The notes beneath the pieces were generated by a model. That model was not told the origin of the DNA and did no database searches. It worked only from the letters and a program-made list of their open reading frames with translations. Shown here one piece after another: positions 1 to 11,910 of a stretch of 64,000 nt of DNA (its first letter is position 1; every line of letters starts with the position of its first letter). The position numbers and the translations under genes were made by a program. Source of the stretch: Cetorhinus maximus (lineage: Eukaryota). The stretch spans positions 29,140,001 through 29,204,000 of the forward strand of contig NC_135892.1 in NCBI RefSeq assembly GCF_964194155.1. Direction: 5' to 3'.

Positions 1-737
1 GGTTAGGGGAGGAGAGTCTTCAAAGCAAAAGCCTCATCTGCAACTGGTAAAAAGATCGCTACGATGAATAGTGGCTGAATTTTGCATGGGGGCAGGGTTC
101 CATCCCCCTGGAGTAAATATCAGGGGTTCCCGCTTGGCTGGCTTGCCTCACAGCAATTTATTTTTTATAGTTTTTATTTAAATAATAAGTATGGATGACA
201 GCAGCTGAATAATTGGCTCAGAGGAGTCAGTGAGACTGACAGCATTAAGTGGATGAATTAATATGTAATGATCTGAATCACTGAAGCTCCTTACACTAAT
301 GACCATGAGTGCAATTTTCCTGCATTAATTATTAAATAGGAGGGGAACATAATCCAATTCCCATGAATTGTTAGGCTTAGCAAACTTTTCATGGCTTTTT
401 CCAAGCACTTGTTGTTCATACACAAATGTGCAGAAAACAGCCCAGCTCAAAATGAAAAATCATGGACCAGAACTCCGAGGAGTGGAGGCACAGTCAGATT
501 GACACTCTGCTCCTTTGCAGTTACCTTGTCGGGGGCTGCACATTTCGCACACGACCTTCCGACTCAGGGCAGGTAAAGTAAGTGGAATGCAGCGGATTCC
601 CCAAGGCCTTCAGTGCAGGGTAGCAATGTCAGAGGAAAGGTAGCCATGCCCCCTTTTTACAGCACTAACTGTTGTAAAGCAGGTAAGTTTTAAGGTCCAG
701 CCACATTGAGAAGCCAGGGAGAAATTAATGTGTAAGG

Positions 738-1062
738 TAAGTGGGTAGGGGTGGGGTGGGGAGTGTTGGGTGGTTCCTTGGGGAGGGGTGTGGGAGGGGT
801 CAGGCGGTATGTCAGGGTGGGTCGGGTGGTCATTTGGGGCTTTAGGATAGGGGGGTTGGATGGTCAGCCAGGGAGCGTCGGGCGGTTAGTTGGGAGGCTG
901 GTTTGGGTCGGGGGCGTTCGGGTGGTCAGTCAAGGGATTGGGGTGAGAGGGTCGGGGTGGGTTAGGTGGTTAGTTGGTCAGGATGGGTTAGGTGGTCAGC
1001 TGGGGGTGATGGTTAGTCAGGGGGTTGGGGTTTGTCAGGAGTGAGTGGGGTAATCAGGGGGT
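738..1062 (+). repeat. G/T-rich low-complexity tract (gggtcggggtggttag-like units)
   Basis: Direct inspection; gives the spurious Gly/Val-rich ORF 751..1044. Confidence 0.8.
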
Positions 1063-1124
1063 CCTGAGGGAGAACAGCAGATTTGTACTCCATGAAGCCA
1101 CTGCCACTTTCCGGCGTGGTGCTA

Positions 1125-3699
1125 CCCTAGTAATCTGTTAACAGATTGTTGGGCTGCTGTGACACCAGCAAGCCCCTTCGCAAAATGTAATGTGCAGCCA
1201 TGATAGCAGAAATATGATTTAATGTTAGAAAGCTGACCTTTTATGACAGCACTTTGAGCTTCCACTGCAGCATTCAGAAATTGGGTAGTTGCTGCTTGTG
1301 TTGCAATTGAAGTTTTGACATGGGCCATCAGATCCTGTAACTTTGTTGGGTCCACAATGTGCGAATGGAGCTGGCCATTACATTCATACTGGAAAAGATG
1401 GACCCAAACTCTGCACAAAAGAGCCCTGTGCCAGTTTGGTGCTGGACTCTTGATGTCCTTTTACGTTAACCATAGGCTTTCAAACAGGCTTCCAAATGCT
1501 TCAAGCATCTTGTTGTACGTACCCATCGGCATTCACCTGTAGGCTGTCCCATCAAAGTCATCATCTAAATTCTCAGCAGCAGAACCCATCTGCTAAATTG
1601 CTTTCTGGAAAGCTGGCACCTGCACTGTCCTTGCCCCCTGCCCTGACTGCAGCACACTCATGCTGATGTCTCACCAAGCGCAGATCCCACTCCTAATCTA
1701 ATCCTCTAAAATACACACAGTCAGTATCTGAGCTGATGGTTGAGAGTGTGAAATCAAATGATGGTTTTATGTCTTCGTCATTATTCTCTCAGTGTTCCTC
1801 CAATGCTGTAGGGTTTCTGAAAAGAAAAAGGCACAAGGGTAAGGTTGTGTCAGGAAGGGAATAAAAGTAAATGATTCATTCTTAAACCACCTGCAGCGTG
1901 TAATTCAGAACAGATTGAGGGATGAGAGGGAAGTGGGATGTGAGAAGGACAATTAAGTAAGAGGTTACCAGCATCTTCAATGGTTTCAGCTCCACCATTG
2001 GCCACAAGGTCAGCAATGGCTATTCCAATTACAGCCATCACCATGGACAGGATGTTTGCTGTGGTCTTAGGGACCCCGCCACCAGACTCCAATGGGCGTC
2101 AGAAGCCAGCACTGTGTGGGAAACAATCACTCAAGGTGATTTTTCCCAAAGTGGACAATCAATGGCCAGAGGGTGAGCTTGTCATTCACTGAAGGACAAC
2201 AGGCAGTTGTCAAAGCAGGACAGCCAATCAGAAGCCTTCCAGATTGAAAGCAGTAGCAGGTTGCCATGGCAGCTAAGTGAGGGACAGGGCAATTCAAAAT
2301 GGAGGCTTCCTCCCCAACTGCTTTAAATTTAAACCAAAAAGTGGCCTTTGCATTTGGGGCACCCATACTGTGGTGGGGGGGAGAGCCCCTTCTACAGGAC
2401 AGCCTGCAGCTACTGCTGCACCCAGGCAGGCAGGTAGTAAGGGCCTGTAAGCCTGCCTGGAGTGTTGGTCCATGGGCAGCTACTGAGAGATCGCCTCCAG
2501 GCAGCTAAAATGTCCCCCAACAACTCCAGGAATCTGGAGACCAACCGGAAAATCCCAGTCAACCTCCATTTACAGGCCTTAATAAGCCTTTAACTGGGCC
2601 AATTGGCTACCCACTGCTTGCTGACGCCCCGCCTTCCCCCCCCCCAACATCCAGCCTCAGGAAAATGGCCTGAGGTCGAGATGGAGCCTTGAACTGGCAC
2701 GCAGGCTGGTGGCGCAAAATTCCACGCCCATGCACCCCCACTCCTGGCCCCAATGGGAGTTTAAAATCTAGCCCCATCTTTTGCATGGGGTTAGGCTATG
2801 CAGGTGCACCTGTTCCCTTCCAGTTAGCACCTGCCCCTCCAATTTTGCTTTACCTTGTCTTGCAAGAGAGGGGGAAGTGTGTCAGTGAGTACCATGCAAT
2901 CTGTTTGACTAATCTGGCTGTCATGGCTAAATAATTGGCAGTGTCTGCAAGCTGTGAGATGTGGATATGAAGCTTGCAGCATTGCTAAGTATGTGAGGGT
3001 AAACTGAAGCTATGTATGTTAGGTTGAATACTGACTGATAGAAATTGTTGGTAGGTAAATGATGGGGGTGTGATGAGTTGAATAATGGCTGTGGCTAGTA
3101 GTGCAGTTAGTAGGAGATGGCATTTGAAGATGCATTCACTGATCTTGACCATTCATGAGGTCATTGAACTTCTTGCGGCATTACATCCAGGTCTTTGGGG
3201 CTTGACTCTTGGTATTCATCTCCATGGCTATCTGCTCCCACTGCCCTTTTCACCATGTGTCTCGAGGGCCTTCTGTCCACCTACAGATACAGGACATCTC
3301 CCCTCTTCAACAACTCCTCTACCAAGGCCTCCAGTGTAGTGAATGAAAAGCTTGAAGCTCACTCTCTCCTACGTTCTGTCATTCCTCACCTTTTCCCAGG
3401 ACAGGTTAACTTCCTGCATGAGTCCCACAACCTGCTGAAGTTACAATGCACCTCCCTTTAAGAGATGCAGGCTAGCTTTAAGCAGTGAAGGTTAGCTTAA
3501 CATGACACTCAAAAGTAACAATTTTGAGCCCCCTGGTACTGTGTGAAGCCAGTGAACAATGCGGTTAGCATTGGTTACATGTGCAATTCATTATAATAAA
3601 ACAAAGATGGCTTGATGTCTTGCATTTCAATTAACGGCTGCAGGTTAATCACACATTGCGATCCCTGCACCCATTTTTGAGGCTATCCAATTCCACCCT
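1125..3699 (-). mobile_element. Harbinger fragment, copy D (Myb/SANT gene side, related to copy C)
   Basis: Minus-strand exon from 3382 reads MTERRRE*ASSFSFTTLEALVEELLKRGDVLY...CRKKFNDL. Exon/intron sequence is colinear with 29900-31590. Terminus aattccaccc near 3699. Confidence 0.7.
2045..2774. mobile_element. Harbinger-type MITE inserted in copy D
   Basis: Ends ggacaggatgttt / aaaatctagccc with 3-bp TSD CAT. The flanks rejoin colinear with copy C. Confidence 0.75.
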
Positions 3700-4029
3700 G
3701 TCTATCTTTTAAGAAGTGAAAAAAAAGCAATTTTCATTACCCTAACTGAAAGGCACATGGAAGAGATGAAGATGCAGTAACTCAAGTCACTGCTGCAAGA
3801 GAATCAGAGACTGTGCGCACTGAAGGAGACAGATGCAGAGTGGAATCATCAACAAAATGCTGGATAGGTGATGACAGAGGGATGTCATTAGTAATAGCAG
3901 AGAGGACAGAGAGCCTGAGTTAATCGAAAATGAGTCAGAGGATGAACCATCAACTGCAGCACAGAGTGTGATTTGTAAGGAAAGCATTATCCATAAACAG
4001 TTCAAGTGAGGGACCATTTCTTGGCCTGT

Positions 4030-4185
4030 GAAGCAGCAGACTGTCAAAAGCCTTGGAGTTCTCCAAGGCAATGATAATTGATTCACCAAAGTTTTGGAAA
4101 TGTGTAACGTAGGCAGCAAGATGGCCAGAGAAACTGCCATCCTGAGAGCCAACCCAGTAAGCATGAATTGGGTCAATACTTGCAG
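4030..4185 (-). pseudogene. Highly decayed non-LTR reverse transcriptase fragment
   Basis: ORF 3950..4213 contains SFSGHLAAYVTH...GESIIIALENSKAFD, resembling the RT region STGDLLAYVT...GES..VALDISKAFD of Jockey/CR1-group LINEs. Confidence 0.5.
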
Positions 4186-4923
4186 TTTGGGAGCTAACAG
4201 CAACTTTCATCATTTTAAAAAGTGTTGATGTAAAAGCAATGCAGAATCTTCAGAAGAGATATGGTGAACTTGAACAAATTTCTAAAGAAAAGGTAGGGCA
4301 TTGGGACATTCTTATGGAGATCAGAAGTGTGAACGAGAGCTGGCTGTACTACTACGCAGGTGATCCTTATTAATGAAAGATGCTGGAATCTATTTTCAGC
4401 TTGCTGCCCTGCTGTAAAATTGGGGTTGTGGACCAGGCGCCCAGTAGAGAAGACTCCTAATTTCCAAATTTTCTATTATCAGTGAAAATTGAGCAATTTT
4501 TATGATGGGCAGCACCAAGTCCTGTAGCCTTTAACCCTTCATGTGTCTGTGGGCTGCTGCCAAGCAGGTCTCTTTTATATAGGCCTTCTTTCTGGAAGGC
4601 AGGCCTCAGGTGAGAGTAGGAACTCATGGAGCACTAAGCCATGCCAACTTACTTTCATTTGCCTGTAGTTGAGCAGTGCAGTCAGCTCCCATTAGGGGTG
4701 GAGGAAAGTTGTGCGAGCATTTTTTAAGAATGAGAATTAGATAGTAGAATGTCTTGCCCCATTGTCCTCCTTCAGCCATCCTGGAACTGTTTGAAAATAG
4801 GAGGGAAATCCAGTTCCCAACCCCACAAGTTGCAGTTTCTGTCTGGCTTTGTTATCAATCAGTCTCTATAAAGTACCCTTCTCACACTCAAGTGAACAGG
4901 CATACATGTGCAAACACACACAC

Positions 4924-6176
4924 ACAAAAATTTTTACCTCAGTTAAATTTCCAAGGAGATTTCCCTGTTTCTTGACCATACCTTTGGCAGAAACCTCAAT
5001 TGATTTCCACTGAATTCCTGCCCAGTTGTGGTGGGGCTGAGCTGGAGAAGATCCAAGGAAATTTACTTGCCATGCCTCTTAAATTCTACATTTTTATGCA
5101 GACTGTCAGATTGTTCATTTGTGGTTTTACTGCTGTGTTGTAAGAAAGTCAGGTTTGCCTTGTGAAGGAGATATAATGGGATTGCATGTGCTGATGATTG
5201 GTGACTGCCACCTTGACCTCAGTGTAAAGTGATTGTGCCAGTTGTTTGTGGAGAACACCCTCAGGCATTGAGTGCTGTATTTCCATCTGCTGATGTAGTT
5301 CCCAAGAGAACACCAGTGAAAGCTTTCTACTGGGGACCAGCATTTCATCAGGTTTTTCAGAAAGCTCCAGGCTCCATCATCCCACTGCCTTTCATTCAAA
5401 GCTCTTTAGGTGGCAATGTCATATTTGGGCAATCCAAGAAGTTTGAGAGCAGGCTTTGCACCCTTTCTCTAAATGCTAGTTATGAAAAATAATCACAAAT
5501 CCTTTATCAAAGGTATTTTTGTGTTTCGTATGTTCCCTTTTCTCTAAGCCTGATAGAAGCCTTTAAAATTATGAAGGGTATGATAGGTAGGGATATTTCC
5601 ACTTGTGACGGAGTCCAAAACTAAGGGCCATAAATATAAGATACTCACTAATAAATCCAATAAGGAATTCAGGAGAAACTTACTTCCCTACAGAGGGTGG
5701 TAAACCTGGTGAATGAAAGGCAGTGGGATGATGGAGCCTGGAGCTTTCTGAAAAACCTGATGAAATGCTGGTCCCCAGTAGAAAGGTTTCACTGGTGTTC
5801 TCTTGGGAACTACATCAGCAGATGGAAATACAGCACTCAATGCCTGAGGGTGTTCTCCACAAACGACTGGCACAATCACTTGACACTGAGGTCAAGGTGG
5901 CAGTCACCAATCATCAGCACATGCAGTCCCATTATATCTCCTTCACAAGGCAAACCTGACTTTCTTACAACACAGCAACAAAACCACAAATGAACAGTCT
6001 GCATAAAAATGTAGAATTTAAGAGACATGGCGAATAAATTTCCTTGGAACTTCTCCAGCTCGGCCCCACCACAACCTGGCAGGAATTCAGTGGAAATCTA
6101 TTGAGGTTTCTGCCAAAGGTATGGTAGAGAAACAGGGAAAGCTCCTTGGAAATTTAACCCAAGTAAAAATTTTTGT
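4924..6176. repeat. Long inverted duplication (arms 4924-5398 and 5710-6176)
   Basis: The arms are near-identical reverse complements; mirrored ORFs 5127..5399(-)/5697..5993(+) and 5229..5492(+)/5688..5879(-) translate almost identically. Spacer ~310 bp. Confidence 0.95.
5550..5709 (+). mobile_element. CR1-type LINE ORF2 C-terminal fragment
   Basis: Decayed translation IEAFKIMKG...FPLV..SKTKGHKYKI..NKSNKEFRRN..QRVVN, typical of the CR1 ORF2 end. Confidence 0.7.
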
Positions 6177-6654
6177 CAATCATCACAGTTCTAATTTTTT
6201 TTTAAATGAAATATCACATCCCACAAAATGGGTGATTTTGTTTGAGCTAACACCTTTTATCCTCAGCATCCAAATGTTTGGGCCGTGTAGTATGCGCGAG
6301 TGTGTGTGTGAGGTCCTCCGGCTTTAATAGTTGTCTGGAAATTGCTAGAGGTCGCGCTCATTATCAAAAGGCCATTTCTTTCACTAGCCTGAGCCTGAAT
6401 TATGTGTCCTTCATTCCCCTGCTTCCTTTGGACTAAAAAAGGGATCCTCCAGCTTAAGGCATTGTGATCATTGAAATTATTGTTGGTCCACTCCTTTTAA
6501 CCTGCTGCCATTTTAATGCTGCAGCAACAGCACTACGTGTTCCTGTCCCTTGTCTCTAAGAACAAGGCTCCCTGTAGGGATTGCTAACAACATATGGGAG
6601 CACAGCCTAAATATTTAATGGCTGTCTAGCACCAAAATTTGTTGGGGTAATGAC

Positions 6655-7362
6655 AACAGCAGCAACAACTTATATTTATATAGCGCCTTTAAAGTAAAAA
6701 AACGTTTAGGAGTATCTGAAAGAAGGAAAGTGAGATAGATGGAGAAGTTTGGGGAGGGAATACCAAAACGTAGGGCAGACAGCTGAAGGCACAGCCAGCA
6801 AAGATGGAACAATTAAAATTGGGGATACTCTGGAGACCAGAATTAGAGGAGAGCAGATATCTTGGAGGGTTGTGAGACTGGATGAGATTAAAGAGATAGG
6901 GAAGGGTGGAGCTTTGGGGCTGTGGATGAATTTGAAAACGGGGTTTTTAAATCAAGGCACTGGGAGCCAGTGTAGGTCGGCAAGCGCTGGGTTGATGGGT
7001 GAACAGGATTTGATGCAAATTTGGACACAGGGAACCCTTAGTTTTGGATGACTTCAAGTTTACAGAGGATAGAACGTGGGAGGCTGACCAGGAGAGCATT
7101 AAAATAGTCAAGTCCAGAGGTAACAATGGCTTAAGTAAGAGTTTCAGCAGCAGACAAACGGGGGCAGGGGTGGAGTCAGGCAATATGACAGAGTTGGAAA
7201 TAGATGTTCATGGTTTCTTGATGCAGATATGTGGTTGGAAGCTCATACCAAAGTTAAATATGACACCAAAGTTGCAAACTGTCCGGTTCAGCTTCAGACA
7301 GTTGCCACCGGGAGGGGGATGAGGGGGTTGGTTGTGGAGTATGTGACAGGGACCAAGACAAT
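6655..7362 (-). mobile_element. L2-type LINE 3' fragment
   Basis: Starts with the reverse complement of the tail aaaggcgctatataaat..aagttgttg; decayed VTSGLDYFNALL-like C-terminal ORF2 motif. Confidence 0.75.
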
Positions 7363-7781
7363 GGGCAGGAGTCGGGATAGCCCCAATTTTTTGGTCATGG
7401 TTTGATTGTGATTCATATCCTGCCCATGTGTGTTCAAATCAAAGTGGGAAACATGCAAAATTCTTGTACGCACCTCATCTGAACGACTGTGGCACTCGTT
7501 TGTATGCTTTTAGCTATGTTTTCTGCTCCTGAATGCAGCCAGTGAGCTAAACACACATCAGGAGGCCCCAGCAGTATTGTTTACAGACAAGGTGGTACAG
7601 GCAGCTTGTGCTTCTCAAAGACAGGTCGGCGCTTGCCGACTTATACTGGCTCCCAGTGCCTTGATTTAAAAACCCCATTTTCTAATTCATCCACAGCCCC
7701 AAAGCTCCACCCTTCCCTATCTCTTTAATCTCATCCAGCCTCACAACCCTCCAAGATATCTGCTCTCCTGTAATTCTGGCC
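6837..7781. repeat. Second local inverted duplication (arms ~6837-6987 and ~7629-7781) of part of an L2 fragment
   Basis: 7629-7781 is the reverse complement of 6837-6987, including copy-specific stretches (ggtggagctttggggctgtggatg; tcaaggcactgggagccag). Confidence 0.85.
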
Positions 7782-7999
7782 TTCAAGGGAAGCTACACAA
7801 AAAGATTGCTGCAATGTAAATGCTTGCAATACCAGGCCAGAGGGAGAGATTCACAGTGATAGATGTAGAGCTGGAGGTATGAGTGGTGCGGTTGGTCAGA
7901 AGAGACACCATGGTTCTTCATGGTGTCACGACGATGGGAAATGATGACTGAGTGAGATCTACCTATAACTTCACCAGCCAACCAAAGACATATTGATAA

Positions 8000-9482
8000 A
8001 AACAAAATAAAAACAGAAATACCTGGAAAAACTCAGCAGGTCTGGCAGCATCGGCGGAGAAGAACAAAGTTGACGTTTCGAGTCCTCACGACCCTTCAAC
8101 AGAACTAAGTAAAAATAGGAGAGGGGTGAAATATAAGCTGGTTTAAGGTGAGGAGAGAGAAGTGGGTGAGGGGGCGGTGGTTGTAGGGACAAGCAAGCAG
8201 TGATAGGAGCAGATAGTCAAAAGATGTCACAGACAGAAGACTAAGAGGTGTTGAAGGTGGTGATATTATCTAAAAGAATGTGCTAATTAAGAATGGATGG
8301 CAGGACACGCAAGGTACAGATAGCTCTAGTGGGGGTGGGGTGAAATAAGACTAAAAGGTCATAAAAGGTATAGATTTAAAAATAATGGAAATAGGTGGGA
8401 AAAGAAAAATCTATATAAATTATTGGAAAAAACAAAAGGGAGGGGGAAGAAACGGAAAGGGGGTGGGGATGGAGGAGGGAGTTCAAGATCTAAAGTTGTT
8501 GAACTCAATATTCAGTCCGGAAGGCTGTAAAGTGCCTAGTCGGAAGATGAGTTGCTGTTCCTCCAGTTTGTGTTGAGCTTCACTGGAACAATGCAGCAAG
8601 CCAAGGACAGACATGTGGGCAAGAGAGCAGGGTGGAGTGTTAGAATGGCAAGTGACAGGGAGGTCTGGGTCATTCTTGCGGACAGACCGAAGGTGTTCTG
8701 CAAAGCGGTCGCCCAGTCTGCGTTTGGTCTCTCCAATGTAGAGGAGACCGCATTGGGACCAACGAATGCAGTAGACTAAGTTGGGGGAAATGCAAGTGAA
8801 ATGCTGCTTCACTTGAAAGGAGTGTTTGGGCCCTTGGATGGTGAGGAGAGAGGAAGTGAAGGGGCAGGTGTTACATATTTTGTGTATGCATGGGGAGGTG
8901 CCGTAGGTGGGGGTTGAGGAGTAGGGAGTGATGGAGGAGTGGACCAGGGTGTCATGGACGGAATGATCCCTACGGAATACCGCCATGGGGGGTGAAGGGA
9001 AGATGTGTTTGGTGGTGGCATCATGCTGGAGTTGGTGGAAATGGCGGAGGATGATCCTTTGAATGCGGAGGCTGGTGGGGTGATAAGTGAGGACAAGGGG
9101 GACCCTATCATGTCTCTGGGAGGGAGGAGAAGGCGTGAGGGCGGATGCGCGGGAGATGGGCCGGACACGGTTGAGGGCCCTGTCAACGACCGTGGGTGGA
9201 AAACCTCGGTTAAGGAAGAAGGAGGACATGTCAGAGGAACTGTTTTTGAAGGTAGCATCATCAGAATAGATGCGACGGAGGCGAAGGAACTGAGAGAATG
9301 GGATGGAGTCCTTACAGGAAGCAGGGTGTGAGGAGCTGTAGTCGAGGTAGCTGTGGGAGTCGGTAGGCTTGTAATGGATATTGGTGGACAGCCTATCACC
9401 AGAAATTGAGACAGGGAGGTCAAGGAAGGGAAGGGAAGTGTCAGAGATGGACCATGTGAAAATGATGGAGGGGTGGAGATTG
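8000..9482 (-). mobile_element. 5'-truncated Penelope-like element (RT C-terminus, GIY-YIG endonuclease, terminal repeat region)
   Basis: ORF 8483..9229 contains NLVYCIRWSQCGLLYIGETKRRLGDRFAEH (GIY-YIG) preceded by RVPLVLTYHP. The terminal region at 8000-8110 carries a hammerhead-like motif. Confidence 0.9.
8068..8106 (-). ncRNA. Minimal type I hammerhead ribozyme motif of the Penelope-like element
   Basis: Minus strand AGTT-CTGTTGA-AGGGTC-GTGAG-GACTC-GAAA-CGTC-AACT: stem I AGTT/AACT, stem II GGGTC/GACTC, GAAA box, palindromic ACGT stem III, GTC cleavage triplet. The core is CTGTTGA rather than CTGANGA. Confidence 0.65.
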
Positions 9483-9483
9483 G

Positions 9484-10483
9484 ATGAATTGCTTAAAGAG
9501 GACCTTTTTTTTTAAACAAATACAAGAAGGCACTGACCAAAGATGGATACCAACAGTCACCTGATGTCTAGTATTATAAGTGACCACTTGTCTGGAAAGT
9601 TCCAATGTGGATTGCACTGCAGACTTGTTCTGAGATGTTGCATGGAATTTCACACCTCAGGGGTATCAAGGTCCACGTCAAACAGGGGCTCTTGAAAGGA
9701 AGACATTAAAAATGCAAAGTGCTAGACTTTTAATCCACTGTAATTTGGTCAAGACAATAGAAACTGCTACCCAGCCAGTTACATCCCACAAGACACTCAA
9801 ATCCCCTTGTGGAGGATGAAATAAGCCCATATCCTGGTAGTTTCCACCGTCTCAAAATGTGTCAAGAGGTTTGTTAGATGAAAGATCCAAAAACTGTGAG
9901 TACTTGGTCTACAGCAATGACTGCGAGATATGTTAATTGAATGCCTCCCTGGAGATATACAAACAGGATGTTTAAGAAATGGTTTTGCAAAGCTAGAAAT
10001 CATTGAAGTCACCTGGAAAGGAACTGCTGAAAAAAGCAGTAAGGAATCTCTCTCTCTCTCTCTGAAGCTAAGAATGTCTCCGGCAAAGTGCAGTACGTGA
10101 ACTTCAATTCGACTCCAGGATTTTAAAGGAAACCTCACCTTAAATGGCTGCAACATTCAACAATCCACACCTCATGGACAAGCAAAAGGACTTAATCATA
10201 TATTCTTTTAACTTTTGTTTGGAATTTAACTTACTTACTTCTGATATCTGCGTGTGTGTGTCATCAAGTCTTTGTTACATTTTTCTTGGGTTTAGTAACT
10301 AATAACCTTACTCATTTTTTGACTCAAGAAAACCTGGTTTGACTGGCTCCTTATTAACAAATAAATACATTTGGATTGGGGAAGGCGTTCATGGGAAAAT
10401 AAATTTTTAAAAACCCTTTGTTGCGACCAACCGAGGGGACTGAAATAAAGGGGAACCAATTCACTCCTCAACCGGTCGTAACA
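9484..10483 (+). mobile_element. Possible LTR-like remnant
   Basis: About 1 kb non-coding segment with (CT)n and (TG)n tracts and AATAAA near the end, terminating ...ggtcgtaaCA. The 5' TG end and TSD were not found. Confidence 0.35.
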
Positions 10484-10711
10484 ATGGGGTCTCAGGAATA
10501 TTGATATGTTGGGATTGATAATGAGGGCTCTGGATAGAGTGATTACAGAGCACAAGTTAAACAAGTTCTAATGGCAGAAATAGCTCAATAGATGGCTTGC
10601 TGAAGGGCAAGCTTAGGCCCTGAGTTCTGGTGAAGAGAACAGAGACGTTAGAGCCAATCTTTTAAAGGAAAGATCTGCTAGATTCATCTGCAATTGCATG
10701 AGGCATTGGTC

Positions 10712-11095
10712 TTTTTCGTCTTTGTTCTTTTATGGGATGTGGCTGTCACCAGCAAAGCCTGTATTTGTTGCCCATCCCTGATTGCCCTTGAACTGAGGGC
10801 AGTTAAGAGTCAACCACGTTACTGTGGGTCTGGATTCACATGTAGACTAGACGAGGTAAGGAAGGCAGATTTCCTTCCTAAAGGACATAAGTGAACCAGG
10901 TGGGGTTTTTACAACAATCGTTGATAGTTAGCATAATTATCTTTACTGAGACTAACTTTATATCCCATATTTATTAATTGAATATAAATTCCACCAGCTG
11001 CCCTGATGAAATTTTAACCCATGTCCCCAGGGCATTAGGCTAGGCCCCTGAATCAGTGGTCCAGTGATATCATCACTACGACACCATCTCCTTCT
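10712..11095 (-). mobile_element. HE1-type tRNA-derived SINE
   Basis: Diagnostic core aagagtcaaccac..tgtgggtctgga.tcacatgtag...gcagatttccttcc.taaagg, repeated in several copies. Confidence 0.8.
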
Positions 11096-11207
11096 CTAAG
11101 AGCTGTTCCGCCATGTTGGAAAGTATGAAGGATTGCATTTCCAGGTTGTGTGGGTTTCTGCCGCAACATATCAACAATCTGCCATCTCCTGCAGAATTTG
11201 AGACCAC

Positions 11208-11910
11208 AGCCAGAATTTTTAGGATGGCAGGGTTTCCCTTCCAGCCATCCAAAGAGTCAGCAGAGAACACATCCCCGCCAATACAGCCTGCCCCGCAGCA
11301 ATGTGAAGCTCCAACAAGCAATAATTGGCTAGAGATGGGACTTCCGCCCCTCACTCGGGAGGAAGTCCCACTTCAGAGAGCTGTTGGCCAATCTGACTGG
11401 CTGGCAGCTCTCTAGTCTCTGTACGGCCAGATGCTGCAGTGGGTAGGTCTGGAACTTCATGGAGTCCCCGGAACCTAAGTCCCGGACATCCAGGACCAGG
11501 TAAGTGTGGGTGTCTCAGGGCATGGTGGGGAGGTGAGGCCCAGGGGAATGGGCAGGGGTGGGGAGGGAAGGTAGAGAGGCTGCGGGAGGGGAAAGGACGT
11601 GCAGGGGCCGGACCTTCTTGGGGGGATGCCCGATGTTAAAAGGGAGCTGCTAATGGAGGCAGCCCCCTCCCTTTCCCATCCAAGGTCTGAACACGGTTCA
11701 TTATCGGGCTTCCTCCTGACCCTGAACCCTTCCCACCAGCCTGAAAATTGAGGCTGAGTGGGAAACAGCCCTTAAGTGGTCAATAATTGGCCGCTTAAGA
11801 GCCTCAATTGAGGCAAGTGCAGGCAGGCCAGCCTAGGCCTCTCCCATCGAAGCATAAAATTGTGGAGAGGTCGGGGCGGGGTGCCCCACCTCCATTGCCA
11901 CCATAGTTTG
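11208..11910. mobile_element. GC-rich Harbinger-type MITE (degenerate)
   Basis: Begins gccagaatttt and shares the ccttaag...aattgg subterminal motif with other MITEs in the window. Right end is not defined. Confidence 0.45.

Noticed and set aside
5127-5993. Duplicated small protein-coding genes on opposite strands
   Set aside because: The mirrored ORFs arise from the inverted duplication; no domain or splice evidence.
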